Part shown: piece after piece, positions 47,396 through 64,000 of the stretch | Numbering within the stretch: the first letter of the stretch is position 1 | Layout of the letters: each line of letters begins with the position of its first letter | DNA from: the human T2T-CHM13v2.0 reference genome, Homo sapiens | DNA length: 64,000 bases | NCBI RefSeq assembly: GCF_009914755.1 | Contig: NC_060934.1 | Strand: one strand, 5' to 3' | Made by a program: the position numbers and the translations under genes | Notes under the pieces: generated by a model | Seen by the model: only the letters and a program-made list of their open reading frames with translations | Told to the model about the DNA's origin: nothing | Databases searched by the model: none

Positions 47396-48249
47396 TAATA
47401 CATGGATTGATTTTTGTGATTTGAGCCATCCTTCCATTCAAGGATAAATTCCACTTGGTCATAATGTATAATTCTTTAAATGGGCTGTTGAATTCTATTT
47501 GCTAGTATTTTCTTGCAGATTTTTGCATCCCAGTGATTTCTTTTCTTGGAGTGTCTTTGTCTAGCTTTGGTATCATGATAATGCTGGCCTCGCAGGGTGA
47601 GTTAAAAATTATTCTCTCTTCTTCCATTTTTTTGAAAGAGTTTGAGAAAGATTGGTGTTAATTTTTCTTTAAATGTTTGGAAGATTTTTTTCAGTGAATT
47701 GTTGGGAGGTTTTATATTGCTGATTTAGTCTTCTTTATAGTTCTAGGTCTGTTCAGATTTTCTATTTCTTCATAATTCAGTCTTGGTAGGGTATATGTTT
47801 TTAGGAATTTGTCCATTTTATCTGGATTATCCAATTTGCTGGTGCATAATTGTGCATAGTACTCCCTTATAATAATTTTTATTTCTGTAAAATTAGTAAT
47901 AATGTCCCCTCTTTCACTTCTGATTTTAGTTGAGTCTTCCTTCTTTTTTACTTCCTCAGTTTAGCTACAAGTTTGTCCATTTTTTTATTCTTTTCAAAAA
48001 ACCAACTCCTGATTTTGTTGACTTTCTCTATTATTTTTCGATTCCTGTTTTGTTTAACTCTGCTCTAATCTTTATTATTTCCTTTCTTCTGCTGGCTTTG
48101 GGCTTAGTTTGTTTTTATTTTTTTTCAACTTCCTTATGGCATAAAGTTAGGTTGTTGATTTGAGATCTTTCTTCTTTACTAGTTTGTTTATAGCTATAAA
48201 TTTCCCTCTTAGCACTGCTTTCACTGCATTTCATAAATTTTGGACTGAG

Positions 48250-49008
48250 TACTCTGTCACCCAGGCTGGAGTGCAATCTCAGCTCACTGCAACCTCCACC
48301 TCCTGCGTTCAAGCAATTCTCCTGCCTCAGCCTCCTGAGTAGCTGGGATTACAGGCACGCACCGTCACAACTGGCTAATTTTTGTATTTTTAATAAAGAC
48401 GGGGTTTCACCATGTTGCCCAGGCTGGTCTCAAACTTCTGACTGTCAGAGTTAAAGAAAGAGGAAAGAAAGTTGAAACGCCGCTGGCAGTTAAAGACAGG
48501 TTTTCTTTAGTCAAAACCTGAAGACACTCCTGGCAGATTGTGGTCAGGAGCACTTTCTCTTACAGACTAAGAGTACATATCGGTTTTAGGGTTATCACAA
48601 GCTTGGAATGTTTATGTGTGTGGAGAAGTTTATGACGGGGCTGGAATCTCTCTGGGAGGAGGGGAGGTTATTTTGGGGCAGACATCTTTCTGGCCCGAGG
48701 GGGGTTATCTGGGCTAGCATCTTCCTGTCTGGAGGGGGCTAATTTAGGGGCTAGCATGTCTCCGGTCAGGGAGGAGTTTGGAATGTTTCTGGTTGGAGAT
48801 GTTATCTGTGGTTTATGGTCATGTTGACCATAGCCATTAGGCTGATGCCCCTTGGATTTAGGTGATTTTTTTATTAAGGTGAACTTTAGAATGAGTGGCT
48901 TGTCCAAGATGCCAAGATGGCGATGCTCCTGCTGTCACTGACCTCAAGTGATCCACCCATCTCAGCCTCCCAAAATGCTGGGATTACAGGCATGAGCCAC
49001 CGCCCCCT
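48250..49008 (-). mobile_element. AluS split by a solo LTR
   Basis: Alu segments 48250-48442 and 48938-49008 rejoin at CTGAC. Confidence 0.9.
48443..48937 (-). mobile_element. ERV1 solo LTR, 495 bp (family uncertain, possibly LTR15-like)
   Basis: TGTCA..TGTCA ends; 5-bp TSD CTGAC; minus strand starts TGACAGCAGGAGCATCGCCATCTTGG. Confidence 0.85.
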
Positions 49009-49059
49009 GCTTTGTCTCATATATTTTCTAATTTCCTCTGTGATTTGTTCTTTGATTCA

Positions 49060-49497
<438 letters not shown>

Positions 49498-49669
49498 CTA
49501 ACATATGGTCTATCCTGGAGAATGATCCATCTGCAGTTTAAAAAAAATGTGTACTCTGCTGTTGTTGATTGGAGTGTTTTGTATATGTCTGTTAGGTCCA
49601 TTTGGCCTATAGTGTTATTCAGCTCCTCTATTTCATTATTGATCTTCTGCCTGGTTGCCCTACCAAGAT

Positions 49670-49820
49670 GGTGGTATTATTCTTTTCATTTTACAGACAA
49701 GGAATGGAGGAAGGCAAAGATATATAAAGTAGCTTGCTCAAGTTCATAGCTGGTTAAGTGGCAGAATTAGGTCTCAATTAAAGGTCTAGATTCTCCAAGG
49801 GGCATGCTCCAAACCACCAA
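49670..49820 (-). mobile_element. MIR
   Basis: CATTTTACAGACAAGGAA..AAGTAGCTTGCTCAAG..AAGTGGCAGA. Confidence 0.7.
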
Positions 49821-49823
49821 GCA

Positions 49824-50130
49824 GGCTGGGCACAGTGTCTCACACTGGTAATCCCAGCACTTTGGGAGGCTGAGGCGGGTGGATCACTTGAGGTCAGGAG
49901 TTCGAGACTAGCCTGGCCAACATGGCCAAACCCCATCTCTACTAAAAACACAAAAAATAGCTGGGCATGGTGGCGGGCACCTGTAATCCCAGCTACTCAG
50001 GAAGCTGAGGCAGGAGAATCGCCTGGACCCAGGAGGCAGAGGTTGCAGTAAGCCGAGATGGCGCCACTGCACTCCAGCCTGGGTGGCAGAGTGAGACTCT
50101 GTCTCAAAAATACAAACAAACAAACAAAAA
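49824..50130 (+). mobile_element. AluS
   Basis: Alu consensus. Confidence 0.93.
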
Positions 50131-50505
50131 TCCACCCAGCAAGAGATAGCTTTTCATACTATCCATACTGTGATCTTTCCACTGTTTAACCCCAAACACT
50201 TACTTGTTAAACTCTAATAACTGACCAATACCACACACACATACACATGCTCACTCACTGCCTCTAGGAGACTCAGGATTTCGACTGAAGGAGGCAGTGG
50301 GAGTTGTGACAGCCTCTGCAAACTCCAAAAAGGGACTTGGAGCCCCTTTCAGTACCTAACTCAACACTTAATGGGTTTCATTTCAGGTATAGCAATTACC
50401 CACCAGCGGAGGCAAAATATACCAGCTCTCAAAATATAAAGCTCTTTAAATATACAAGCCCTCTAAATATTTTAGAGACCTGTATCTATAAAATATACAA
50501 GTCTT

Positions 50506-50621
50506 GCTGGGCACAGTGCCTCATGCCTGTTATTCCAGCACTTTGGGAGGCTGAGGAGGGAGGATTGCTTGAGGCCAGGAATTCAAGACCAGCCCAGGGA
50601 ACATAGGGAGACCCTGTCTCT

Positions 50622-50654
<33 letters not shown>

Positions 50655-50676
50655 ATAAATAAATAAATAAATAAAA
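50506..50676 (+). mobile_element. FLAM-type monomer with (CTAA)n(TAAA)n tail
   Basis: Single Alu arm; tetranucleotide STR at 50622-50675. Confidence 0.88.
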
Positions 50677-52071
50677 TATAAAAGTCTGTAAAACCTGAAA
50701 AGTCACAAAATATGTTACTCAAAAATTGAGCTAATTCAATGACATCAAGTTACAGGATGTTAGGGGAGATGGTTAACACTTCAAAGTGCATTGATGGCAT
50801 TTTGGTGAAAGATTTCCTTTAGCTGAGGACCTTGTACTTTTTGCATGGGGCACTTATTATTAATCATTAGCTATGGAAAAATGAAAGATTAATTAGCCCT
50901 GCTGGAGAAGAAGTACAACAAGAAAAAAAGGAACAGAGCCAGGGCCCAGGGAGATAGCCCCACCCAGCAGGGACCATTTCCTCATTCCCTGGGCAAACAA
51001 TCACCCAGGTACCCCCGAGTGCCTGGGGGATGGAACTGCTTATTTCTATTTGCCAAAAAGCGGAAACATCTATTTTGAAAGCTTATGTTATGGGGTTTCA
51101 ACATTTATAGCTATTCCACTGGTGTCTAAATCAAGAAATTTTAAAAATTTGACCAACGTGGCCATTTAATTTAAATTCTGCTTTTAGTGAAAGTAAGAGT
51201 CACACGGTGCTATGCTCAGGCTGTTTTTTCAGGTACTTATTAATAATAACTCACATTTGCTTTCACATACTGTTGTCTCCTTTCACTCATACCACTGCCA
51301 TATTGGGAGGTGGCACATGGGCCATCTCTCCTCTCTCTCTCTTTTTAAAAGAACACTCTTTTAAGTTGTCATACTGTGTCTTGTTGCTGCAACAGTATGA
51401 GTTCCTGTGAGATTTTCACTTTAGTTTTGATTTCCACCCTTTGCGCCCCATCCTTTGGCCTGTGAGGCAAGACTAAGGACAAAATATGTCTTGTGGGAAC
51501 TTGTGTAGGTAAGTTCCTCATAGCTCACTGGGTTAGAAATTGTTGCATATTTGATGGAATTTCATAGGTAGAAGAGGGTCTAAGGACAGAGAAGAGGGGA
51601 GGATGAGGGACATATTTTTCCCGGTAAGGAAGGAAGGAGGAAAAATGAGATGTCACTTCAGGAAAGGACTAAACTTACATATGAAATGAACCCCTGTAGA
51701 GGTAATGGCATTTTATAATATATGAATTCACAAGTAGAGAACAGCTTTGCTCTTGGTGTGCAGTTGGATGTGATAATCCTTCTATACTGATGTTCTCATC
51801 TTTAACATGAGGTGAAAATTTCATGTTTGGAAGGTTGAGCTTGAAGCTGACAAATTGGGAAAACCTTAGGTTTTATTATTTTTAAAAAATACCAATTATA
51901 ATTAGTAACAACACCCTTGAATAATTTTGGAGTTATTGCCACATAACATTAATCTCTCCAATTTTGCAACTTCAAATCTCTAAAGGATACTGCCCCAACT
52001 CCATTCCACCAACAGACATTGTACAGACATGCTTGAATCTTTACTCTGCAAGGCTTTAAAGATGGTTCCAT

Positions 52072-53009
<938 letters not shown>

Positions 53010-53062
53010 TAAACTTTAGTTAGACTGTAAACTTCATAAGGACAAGGAGATGCGATATAAAT

Positions 53063-53240
53063 AATAGCACAGTGGCTCTGATCTTGGGCTCTAGAGCCAG
53101 AACATTTGGGTTCAGGTTATCTACATCCTGTCAATCAGCTGTGACTTTGGGTAACTTACTTAATCCCTTTTGAATCTCAATTTTTTAAATATGTAAAATA
53201 GAGATAATAATATCTACCTTTTAAGATTCTAGTGAGGGTA
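53063..53240 (+). mobile_element. MIR
   Basis: GGCTCTAGAGCCAGA..GCTGTGACTTTGGGTAACTTACTTAA..TGTAAAATAGAGATAATAATA. Confidence 0.8.
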
Positions 53241-53272
53241 ATTCATTGATTTAGCAACTTTTTTGCATTTGG

Positions 53273-53910
<638 letters not shown>

Positions 53911-54057
53911 TGATGTAACAACATTTATTGAACATCTACTATTTATCAGTCACTGAGGATACAGTAAACAAACTTTCCTGCTTTATTTTTCCTTGTAACA
54001 CTTATTATCCTCAACATATATTTATTTGTTGATTTGATTAGTGTCTGTCTCCCACCT

Positions 54058-54737
<680 letters not shown>

Positions 54738-54836
54738 CCCTTCATCATGCCCCAGAAGCTTCCTGGAGACAGAGACATTTTCTGTGGTGTCCCTCACACC
54801 TGGACTAGGGTCTAGCATACAGGAGGAGTGCCGTAT

Positions 54837-54927
54837 ATGACACTCCTTAATGACAGAATGAATGACTTCTTAATGTCAGAATGAATGACACTCCTTAATG
54901 ACTCCTTAATGACAGAATGAATGAATG
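54837..54927. repeat. Short tandem array of ~24-bp GACACTCCTTAATGACAGAATGAAT units
   Basis: 3-4 imperfect copies ending in (TGAA)n, like an L2 tail. Confidence 0.75.
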
Positions 54928-55428
54928 GATTGGCAAGAGGCTTCCTTTCTGAAAGCCCAATGCTCGGAATGCCCTACATCCAAGAGGCAGGTTAGGTGCC
55001 ACTTCTCTTTTCTCTGGTACTCTTCTTCACTGTCTCTTTGAACTTCCTTGGCAGGTGAGATCAGAAGGGCTAAGGATGCAGTTCCACATTGCAACTGCCA
55101 GTGCCTGAGAGAGCCTTGCATGGCGAAAGCATTATATTCTTGTTTTTCCCTTTGCTTCTGCTTTTTGGGTCAACATTTTCTCATCTTCATAGTGGGAAGA
55201 TCAAAGATGAGGCAAAGCAGAGAGGAGGCCCTTTAACTAGGCTCTAGACTTGACCTAATCTAGGCACAAAGAATTCTTTACATGATCTATTATCTTTCAC
55301 TGTTTGGATTGAGGTCAAATCTCAATAATGATGAATGTTAATATACCATTGTTGTCCTCTGGGCATGTTTTTCCCTTAATGGACTTATAGGGAAAGGTGG
55401 CTTGTCAAGAACACGATTAAGATGCTCA

Positions 55429-55888
<460 letters not shown>

Positions 55889-56171
55889 TTAGAAAGGCTG
55901 CATTCTGTATTGGAATGTTTCTAACAACACAGCTTATTAACGACTCTGAATAGTCCTGCAGTAAGGAAATTTGTTTAAAATTATTTAACCCAGTCCATCA
56001 AAGAAACATTTTGACCTTGGAAATCTGTTTTGACCTTGGACATCTGTTTTTGCATATGCAGCTAATGGCCTGAAGAGTGCACTGGGGAAACTCCATGGTT
56101 GAGAATGAAAAGACATTGAAGCATAAGACCTAGCCACTGGCCTCCAACTCTGACATGATGTTGGTTACAGT

Positions 56172-56479
56172 ATTTTCTTTTCTTTTTTTTTCTTTTTGAG
56201 ACACAGTCTCGCTCTGTCACCCAGGCTGGAGTGCAGTGGCGCAATCTTGCTCACTGCAAGTTCCGCCTCCTGGGTTCACACCATTCTCCTGCCTCAGCCT
56301 CCCGAGTAGCTGCGACTACAGGCGCCCGCCACCACACCCAGCTAATTTTTTGTATTTTTTTAGTAGAGACGGGGTTTCACCGTGTTAGCCAGGATGGTCT
56401 TGATCTCCTGACCTTGTGATCCGCCCACCTCAGCCTCCCAAAGTGCTGGGATTACAGGTGTGAGCCACCACACCCGGCC
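56172..56479 (-). mobile_element. AluY
   Basis: Y diagnostics (CACCATTCTCC; CGTGTTAGCCAGGATGG); TSD GTTACAGT(A/C)TTTTC. Confidence 0.92.
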
Positions 56480-57334
56480 AGTTACAGTCTTTTCAATTGT
56501 GAGGGTTTGATACCTTACAGGAAGGGAGGAACTGTTGCCTTTTGCACTGTTTTGGTGGATGCATACACACTCACATATCTCCCCAAAATACTTTGAAATA
56601 TGTGTTCTTAACAATTCACAACATTTTGAACTTTTCCATAAAGTTCTTAACTTTACGTTCCAGACCACCGGAGCTGGACTATGCTGGAAACCATAGTCAG
56701 CTCCATACACAAATTGGATTGCATGTGAGCAGTTTAGCATCCATTAGCCTGCAGGAACAATTAAACTATGGATTTTATTCCAAGTTTTATCAAAGGAATT
56801 CCATGAAATGGGACTTGGGATATATATATTTCTTCTTCTTCTTATCTTGGTGTTTTTCAGGCCTGGCTTACTCAGGAATCAGCTCTGGGTGTGTTATTTC
56901 TTCTGTTATAAATTGCCTTCCTGTTATGTTACATTAAACGAGTCATAGTTGATGGAATTTGTGATAAAAAGCTAGTCTTTTGCTCAATTATATTTTTTCT
57001 AGCTTTCCTAAGGCAGAGGCCACATTTTATTTTTTTCTCCCCAAATAAGGACTTGTTGACTTGAAATATAATGAAAATATTAAAATGTCACATTTTATTT
57101 TCATATTTGAAACTCTTTATTTAAACTCTCTTTAAGTATTCTCTAAGTATCTACTGTCAGAGTACCAGTAAAGAAGTTGTGGTACATTCATGCAATGCAC
57201 TTTTATGCAAGCAACTATTAAACATTATGTTATAAAAGAATAATTTAATGACATGGAAAAGTAGTATATATTTAGAGAGGGTAAAAGCACATAATCAGTA
57301 TAGCATAGGATAAGTCTGTAAAGACTATATCAAT

Positions 57335-57638
<304 letters not shown>

Positions 57639-57949
57639 TTAGCAAGATTCTCTGATTTTTGGAAGAGGAGAGGGTTTAAACATTATACCGGCCTGTCTCA
57701 TTGCACATCTAGGGATACCCCAGGGACCATAACAATGCAAGGTGAGTGTCCTTTGCCATCCTCTGGCTTTTGGCCTTGTCCTACCCCAGATGTTTCTTGT
57801 CCTCATTCTGACTGCAAGTTGCAGTGAGCCCTTCATGGAAACCCAGATTTCCATGTTTGAATCCATCTTTCTTCCTTCCCTTGTAACCAAACTATAAAAT
57901 ACTCTAGTGTCCTAATTCAAACTTTAATGATTGGCAATGGCTTATCTCC

Positions 57950-58295
57950 TATCATGGAGTGAATGTCTGTGTCTCCCCCAAATTCAGATGTTGAAATTCC
58001 AACCCCCCCATGTGGTGGCATTAGAAGGTGGAGCCTTTGGGAAGTAATTAGGTCATGAGGGTGGAGTCCTCACAAATGGGATTGGTGCCCTTGTAAAAGG
58101 GACCCTAGCTCTTTCACCCTCTTCCCGCCATGTGAGGATACAAGAAGTCAGCGGTCTGCAACCTGGAAGAGGACCCTCACCATATCCTGGTCTGCTGGCA
58201 CCTTGATCTTGGACTTCCAGCCTCCTGAACAAAAATAATTTCTGGTGTTTATAAGCCACTCAATTTAGTGATAGTAACCCAAACAGACTAAGACA
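57950..58295 (+). mobile_element. MLT1A/MLT1A0 MaLR solo LTR
   Basis: TGAATGTCTGTGTCTCCCCCAAATTC...GGCACCTTGATCTTGGACTTCCAGCCTCC...ACAGACTAAGACA. Confidence 0.88.
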
Positions 58296-58361
58296 TCACC
58301 CTTGAGATTATTTGCATTTTAATAGAATACAATACCTTACCTTAAAAAAGTTCACTGTAAA

Positions 58362-58524
58362 CCCTGGACCCAGGGAGATAGGATTGTGCAGAGGATGTCT
58401 TCCAGAAAAAGCACATTCCCAGAGCAGTAACCAGGACCTGAACCTTCTCTAGTTACAGTTCAACCACGTTGGAAAATCTAAAGCAATAGTTCTCAATTTA
58501 CCAGCGCTTCAGAATGCCCTGGAG
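58362..58524. repeat. Left arm of a ~165-bp inverted duplication (partner 61235-61402)
   Basis: Reverse complement aligns to 61235-61402 with ~9 substitutions and one 5-bp indel (manual alignment). Confidence 0.93.
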
Positions 58525-58881
58525 TGATGTAAGGAGGTGGGGGGAAATTAATGAGGTGGTGGGGAGCGGTGGGAAGACCCAGGGGTAGCACACTGTGCTA
58601 TTGGTTATGGGTAACCTGAAATATTTACATTCTTTAGGATGAAGCTAAGGTGCTCTTGGCACCCTTCAAAGCATTGTGGGTGCCCTGACAGCGTGGAAAT
58701 TTCCCCAGCCTCCTTTGTGGCAGCCCAGCAGCCCCACCTGGTGGGTTATGGAGGTAGAGGCAACAGGTCAGTTTTTTAAGTAGGAGGCCTGTTTGCTTGA
58801 ATGGAGACTGAAATCCTAATGGGCTTGGGCAGGTGGTATTTTAATCTGTACTTAATTCTCTAGGCAGTTTGCAATGGGTTT

Positions 58882-61089
<2,208 letters not shown>

Positions 61090-61092
<3 letters not shown>

Positions 61093-61274
61093 TGCTTCTC
61101 AAAGTGTGGTCCCCAGTCAGCAGCATCGGCATCACCTGGGAAGCAGGAGCAATGCAAATTCTCCAGTCCCGCCTCAGACCTACTGAAGCGGACACACTGT
61201 GGGTGCTGCCCAGCAATCTAGGTTTTAACAAGCCCTCCAGGGCATTCTGAAGCGCTGGTAAATTGAGAACTGTT
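61090..61274. mobile_element. MER5A
   Basis: TTCTCAAAGTGTGGTCCCC..AGCAGCATCGGCATCACCTGGGA..AATGCAAATTCTC..TTTTAACAAGCCCTCCAGG..TTGAGAAC. Confidence 0.88.
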
Positions 61275-61402
61275 GCTTTAGATTTTCGAACGTGGTTGAA
61301 CTGTAACCAGAGACGGTCCAGGTTCTGGTTACTGCTCTGGGAATGTGCTTTTTCCAGCCCGGAAGACTTCCTCTGCACAATCCTATCTCCTTGGGTCCAG
61401 GG
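61235..61402. repeat. Right arm (probable source) of the inverted duplication
   Basis: Partner of 58362-58524; overlaps the end of an intact MER5A. Confidence 0.93.
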
Positions 61403-61559
61403 CAAGCCCAGCCTTGCTCTTTGAGAGCAGTAAGACTCCAGGGAAATGCCATATGAGCTGGTGGGATTCCACCAGCATAAAAGGTGGAAATGGAGCCTAT
61501 AGTGACCACTGCCCCAAACTCGCCAGCGCCCTCATGTGGAGGCACAACTGCAAAGATGC

Positions 61560-61660
61560 ACTGAGTCACTCCCACGCGCGGCTCCTGTCCACCAAGATCC
61601 AGTCTGGTTAAAACACTAGGCCTTGCCCATAGATAATAGACAGCGCCACTTCCTTCCGTC
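61560..61660. promoter_or_regulatory. Candidate enhancer: AP-1, GATA and ETS motifs
   Basis: TGAGTCA 61562-68, AGATAA 61631-36, CACTTCCTTCCG from 61647, with retained CpGs. Confidence 0.3.
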
Positions 61661-61989
61661 CCTTTCTTCCCTTTCCTACCGTGCTATGAGGGGTTGATGC
61701 CCTTTGATTTCCCAGACAGACTGATTGCAAGAGCTGAACCTTACTTAAAGATGTGACTTCGGCTGGGCGTCATGGCGCTACATGTAGTTCCAGCTACAGG
61801 GGAGGCTGAGGCTGGAGGATCGCTAAAGCCCAGGAGTTGCAGTCCAGCCAATCACTGAGGATTTTTTTTAAATGCAAATTCTGACTCTGTAGGTCTCAGG
61901 GGGAGCCCCAGAGCCTGCATTTTTAATAAACGCCACAAACGCACTCTTGCTGCTAATGTGAGAACACCACTTTGAGCGGATATGATTAG

Positions 61990-62004
61990 GTTGCCCTCTA
62001 GTGA
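61990..62004 (-). promoter_or_regulatory. Candidate CTCF site
   Basis: Minus strand TCACTAGAGGGCAAC, one mismatch to the core. Confidence 0.4.
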
Positions 62005-62087
62005 TAATCCCATGGAAATCCAGGGTGTTTCTAGCTTCACGATGAACCGGGTCAGCTGGGACTTTCCAGAAAATTAAGACTATTAAA

Positions 62088-62364
<277 letters not shown>

Positions 62365-62584
62365 TTAGAAATTTTTAAACCAGCTTTACAGAATAAGAAT
62401 ATCAGGCTTTTTCCTACACTTAAGAGTCAGGCTCTCCTCTACCATATATAAACAAAGAATCTTTCACTCCTAATCTTCTGCCAGCTTTCAAGACCGGGGT
62501 ACTGGAGACATCTTTATCCCACATTAACTTTTCTCCAAATAATCTCAACTACTTCCTATGATACTGGTTTCATCATGTTGCTTC

Positions 62585-63044
<460 letters not shown>

Positions 63045-63124
63045 TAATAACTTAACAATACTATATGTTTTATATAGTATTGTTACATATATAGCACCCA
63101 AAAATGCTAATGCTGAGATATATA

Positions 63125-63416
<292 letters not shown>

Positions 63417-63644
63417 TACAATATTATATTAGTGTAAATACAGTATACAAATTTAGTCTGTTTTCATACTTTTAATGAGCAACATACCTGCCACATGCTG
63501 GGTGCTACAGAGGTTGCGATACACAATCCTGCCATCAAGCAGTTTAGATGTTTTTTATCTGGCCCTTTTTTACATACTATTAGTTTATAGAAATAGTTCA
63601 GGTATTGACATAGCCTATTGTGTGACTATGTATAGTGTTTTGAA

Positions 63645-64000
63645 TTTTTTAATTTTTATTTATTTATTTTTTGAGTCACTATCTCCCTCTGTCACCCAGG
63701 TTGGAGTGCAATGGTGTGATCTTGTCTCACTACAACCTCCACCCTGTCTCATGCTACAGTCATCCTCCCACCTCAGCCTCCTGAGTAGCTAGGACTACAA
63801 GCATGTGCCACCATGCCCGGCTAATTTGTGTATATTTTGTAATATACAAAATAGGTTTCACCATGTTGCCCAGGCTGGTCTCGAACTCCTGAGTTCAAGC
63901 AATCCTCCCATCTCAGTGTTCCAAAGTGCTGGGATTAAAGGCATGAACCACTATACCCAGATAGAATTTTTTTTTTTTTGAGACAGAGTCTCACTCTGTT
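63645..64000 (-). mobile_element. AluJ-like (63645-63960) and the start of another Alu cut by the window end
   Basis: Alu consensus. Confidence 0.88.

Noticed and set aside
56009-56046. 19-bp tandem duplication TTTTGACCTTGGA(A/C)ATCTG
   Set aside because: Ordinary slippage duplication, probably within an old DNA-transposon remnant

Overview
This window looks like human or other primate intergenic/intronic DNA. It is very repeat-dense: about 85 Alu copies or fragments (roughly a third of the window, counted by eye), several L1 relics (L1PA, L1PB, L1MA, L1MB, L1M), at least six ERV solo LTRs, MaLR LTRs, and MIR, L2 and MER5 remnants. I find no intact protein-coding gene; almost all listed ORFs are Alu, L1 or microsatellite artefacts. 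The only gene-derived sequence is a full-length processed cyclophilin A (PPIA) pseudogene on the minus strand with an E23* nonsense codon. Its structure is unusual: it is fused at its 5' end to a tailless Alu, both lie inside one 11-bp target-site duplication (TSD), and the unit sits in an ERV1 LTR. This fits an Alu-PPIA chimeric retro-insertion. The second theme is a set of local templated-copy scars: a ~165-bp inverted duplication bracketing an L1PA, a 33-bp perfect inverted copy 1.2 kb from its source, a 21-bp ectopic copy, and three fold-back hairpins inside Alus. There are also a 44/47-bp VNTR, an 82-bp tandem duplication, and candidate CTCF and enhancer motifs. I see no evidence of a new gene system. 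Subfamily names come from my recall of consensus sequences and need RepeatMasker/Dfam confirmation. Repeat boundaries are approximate unless a TSD is given.
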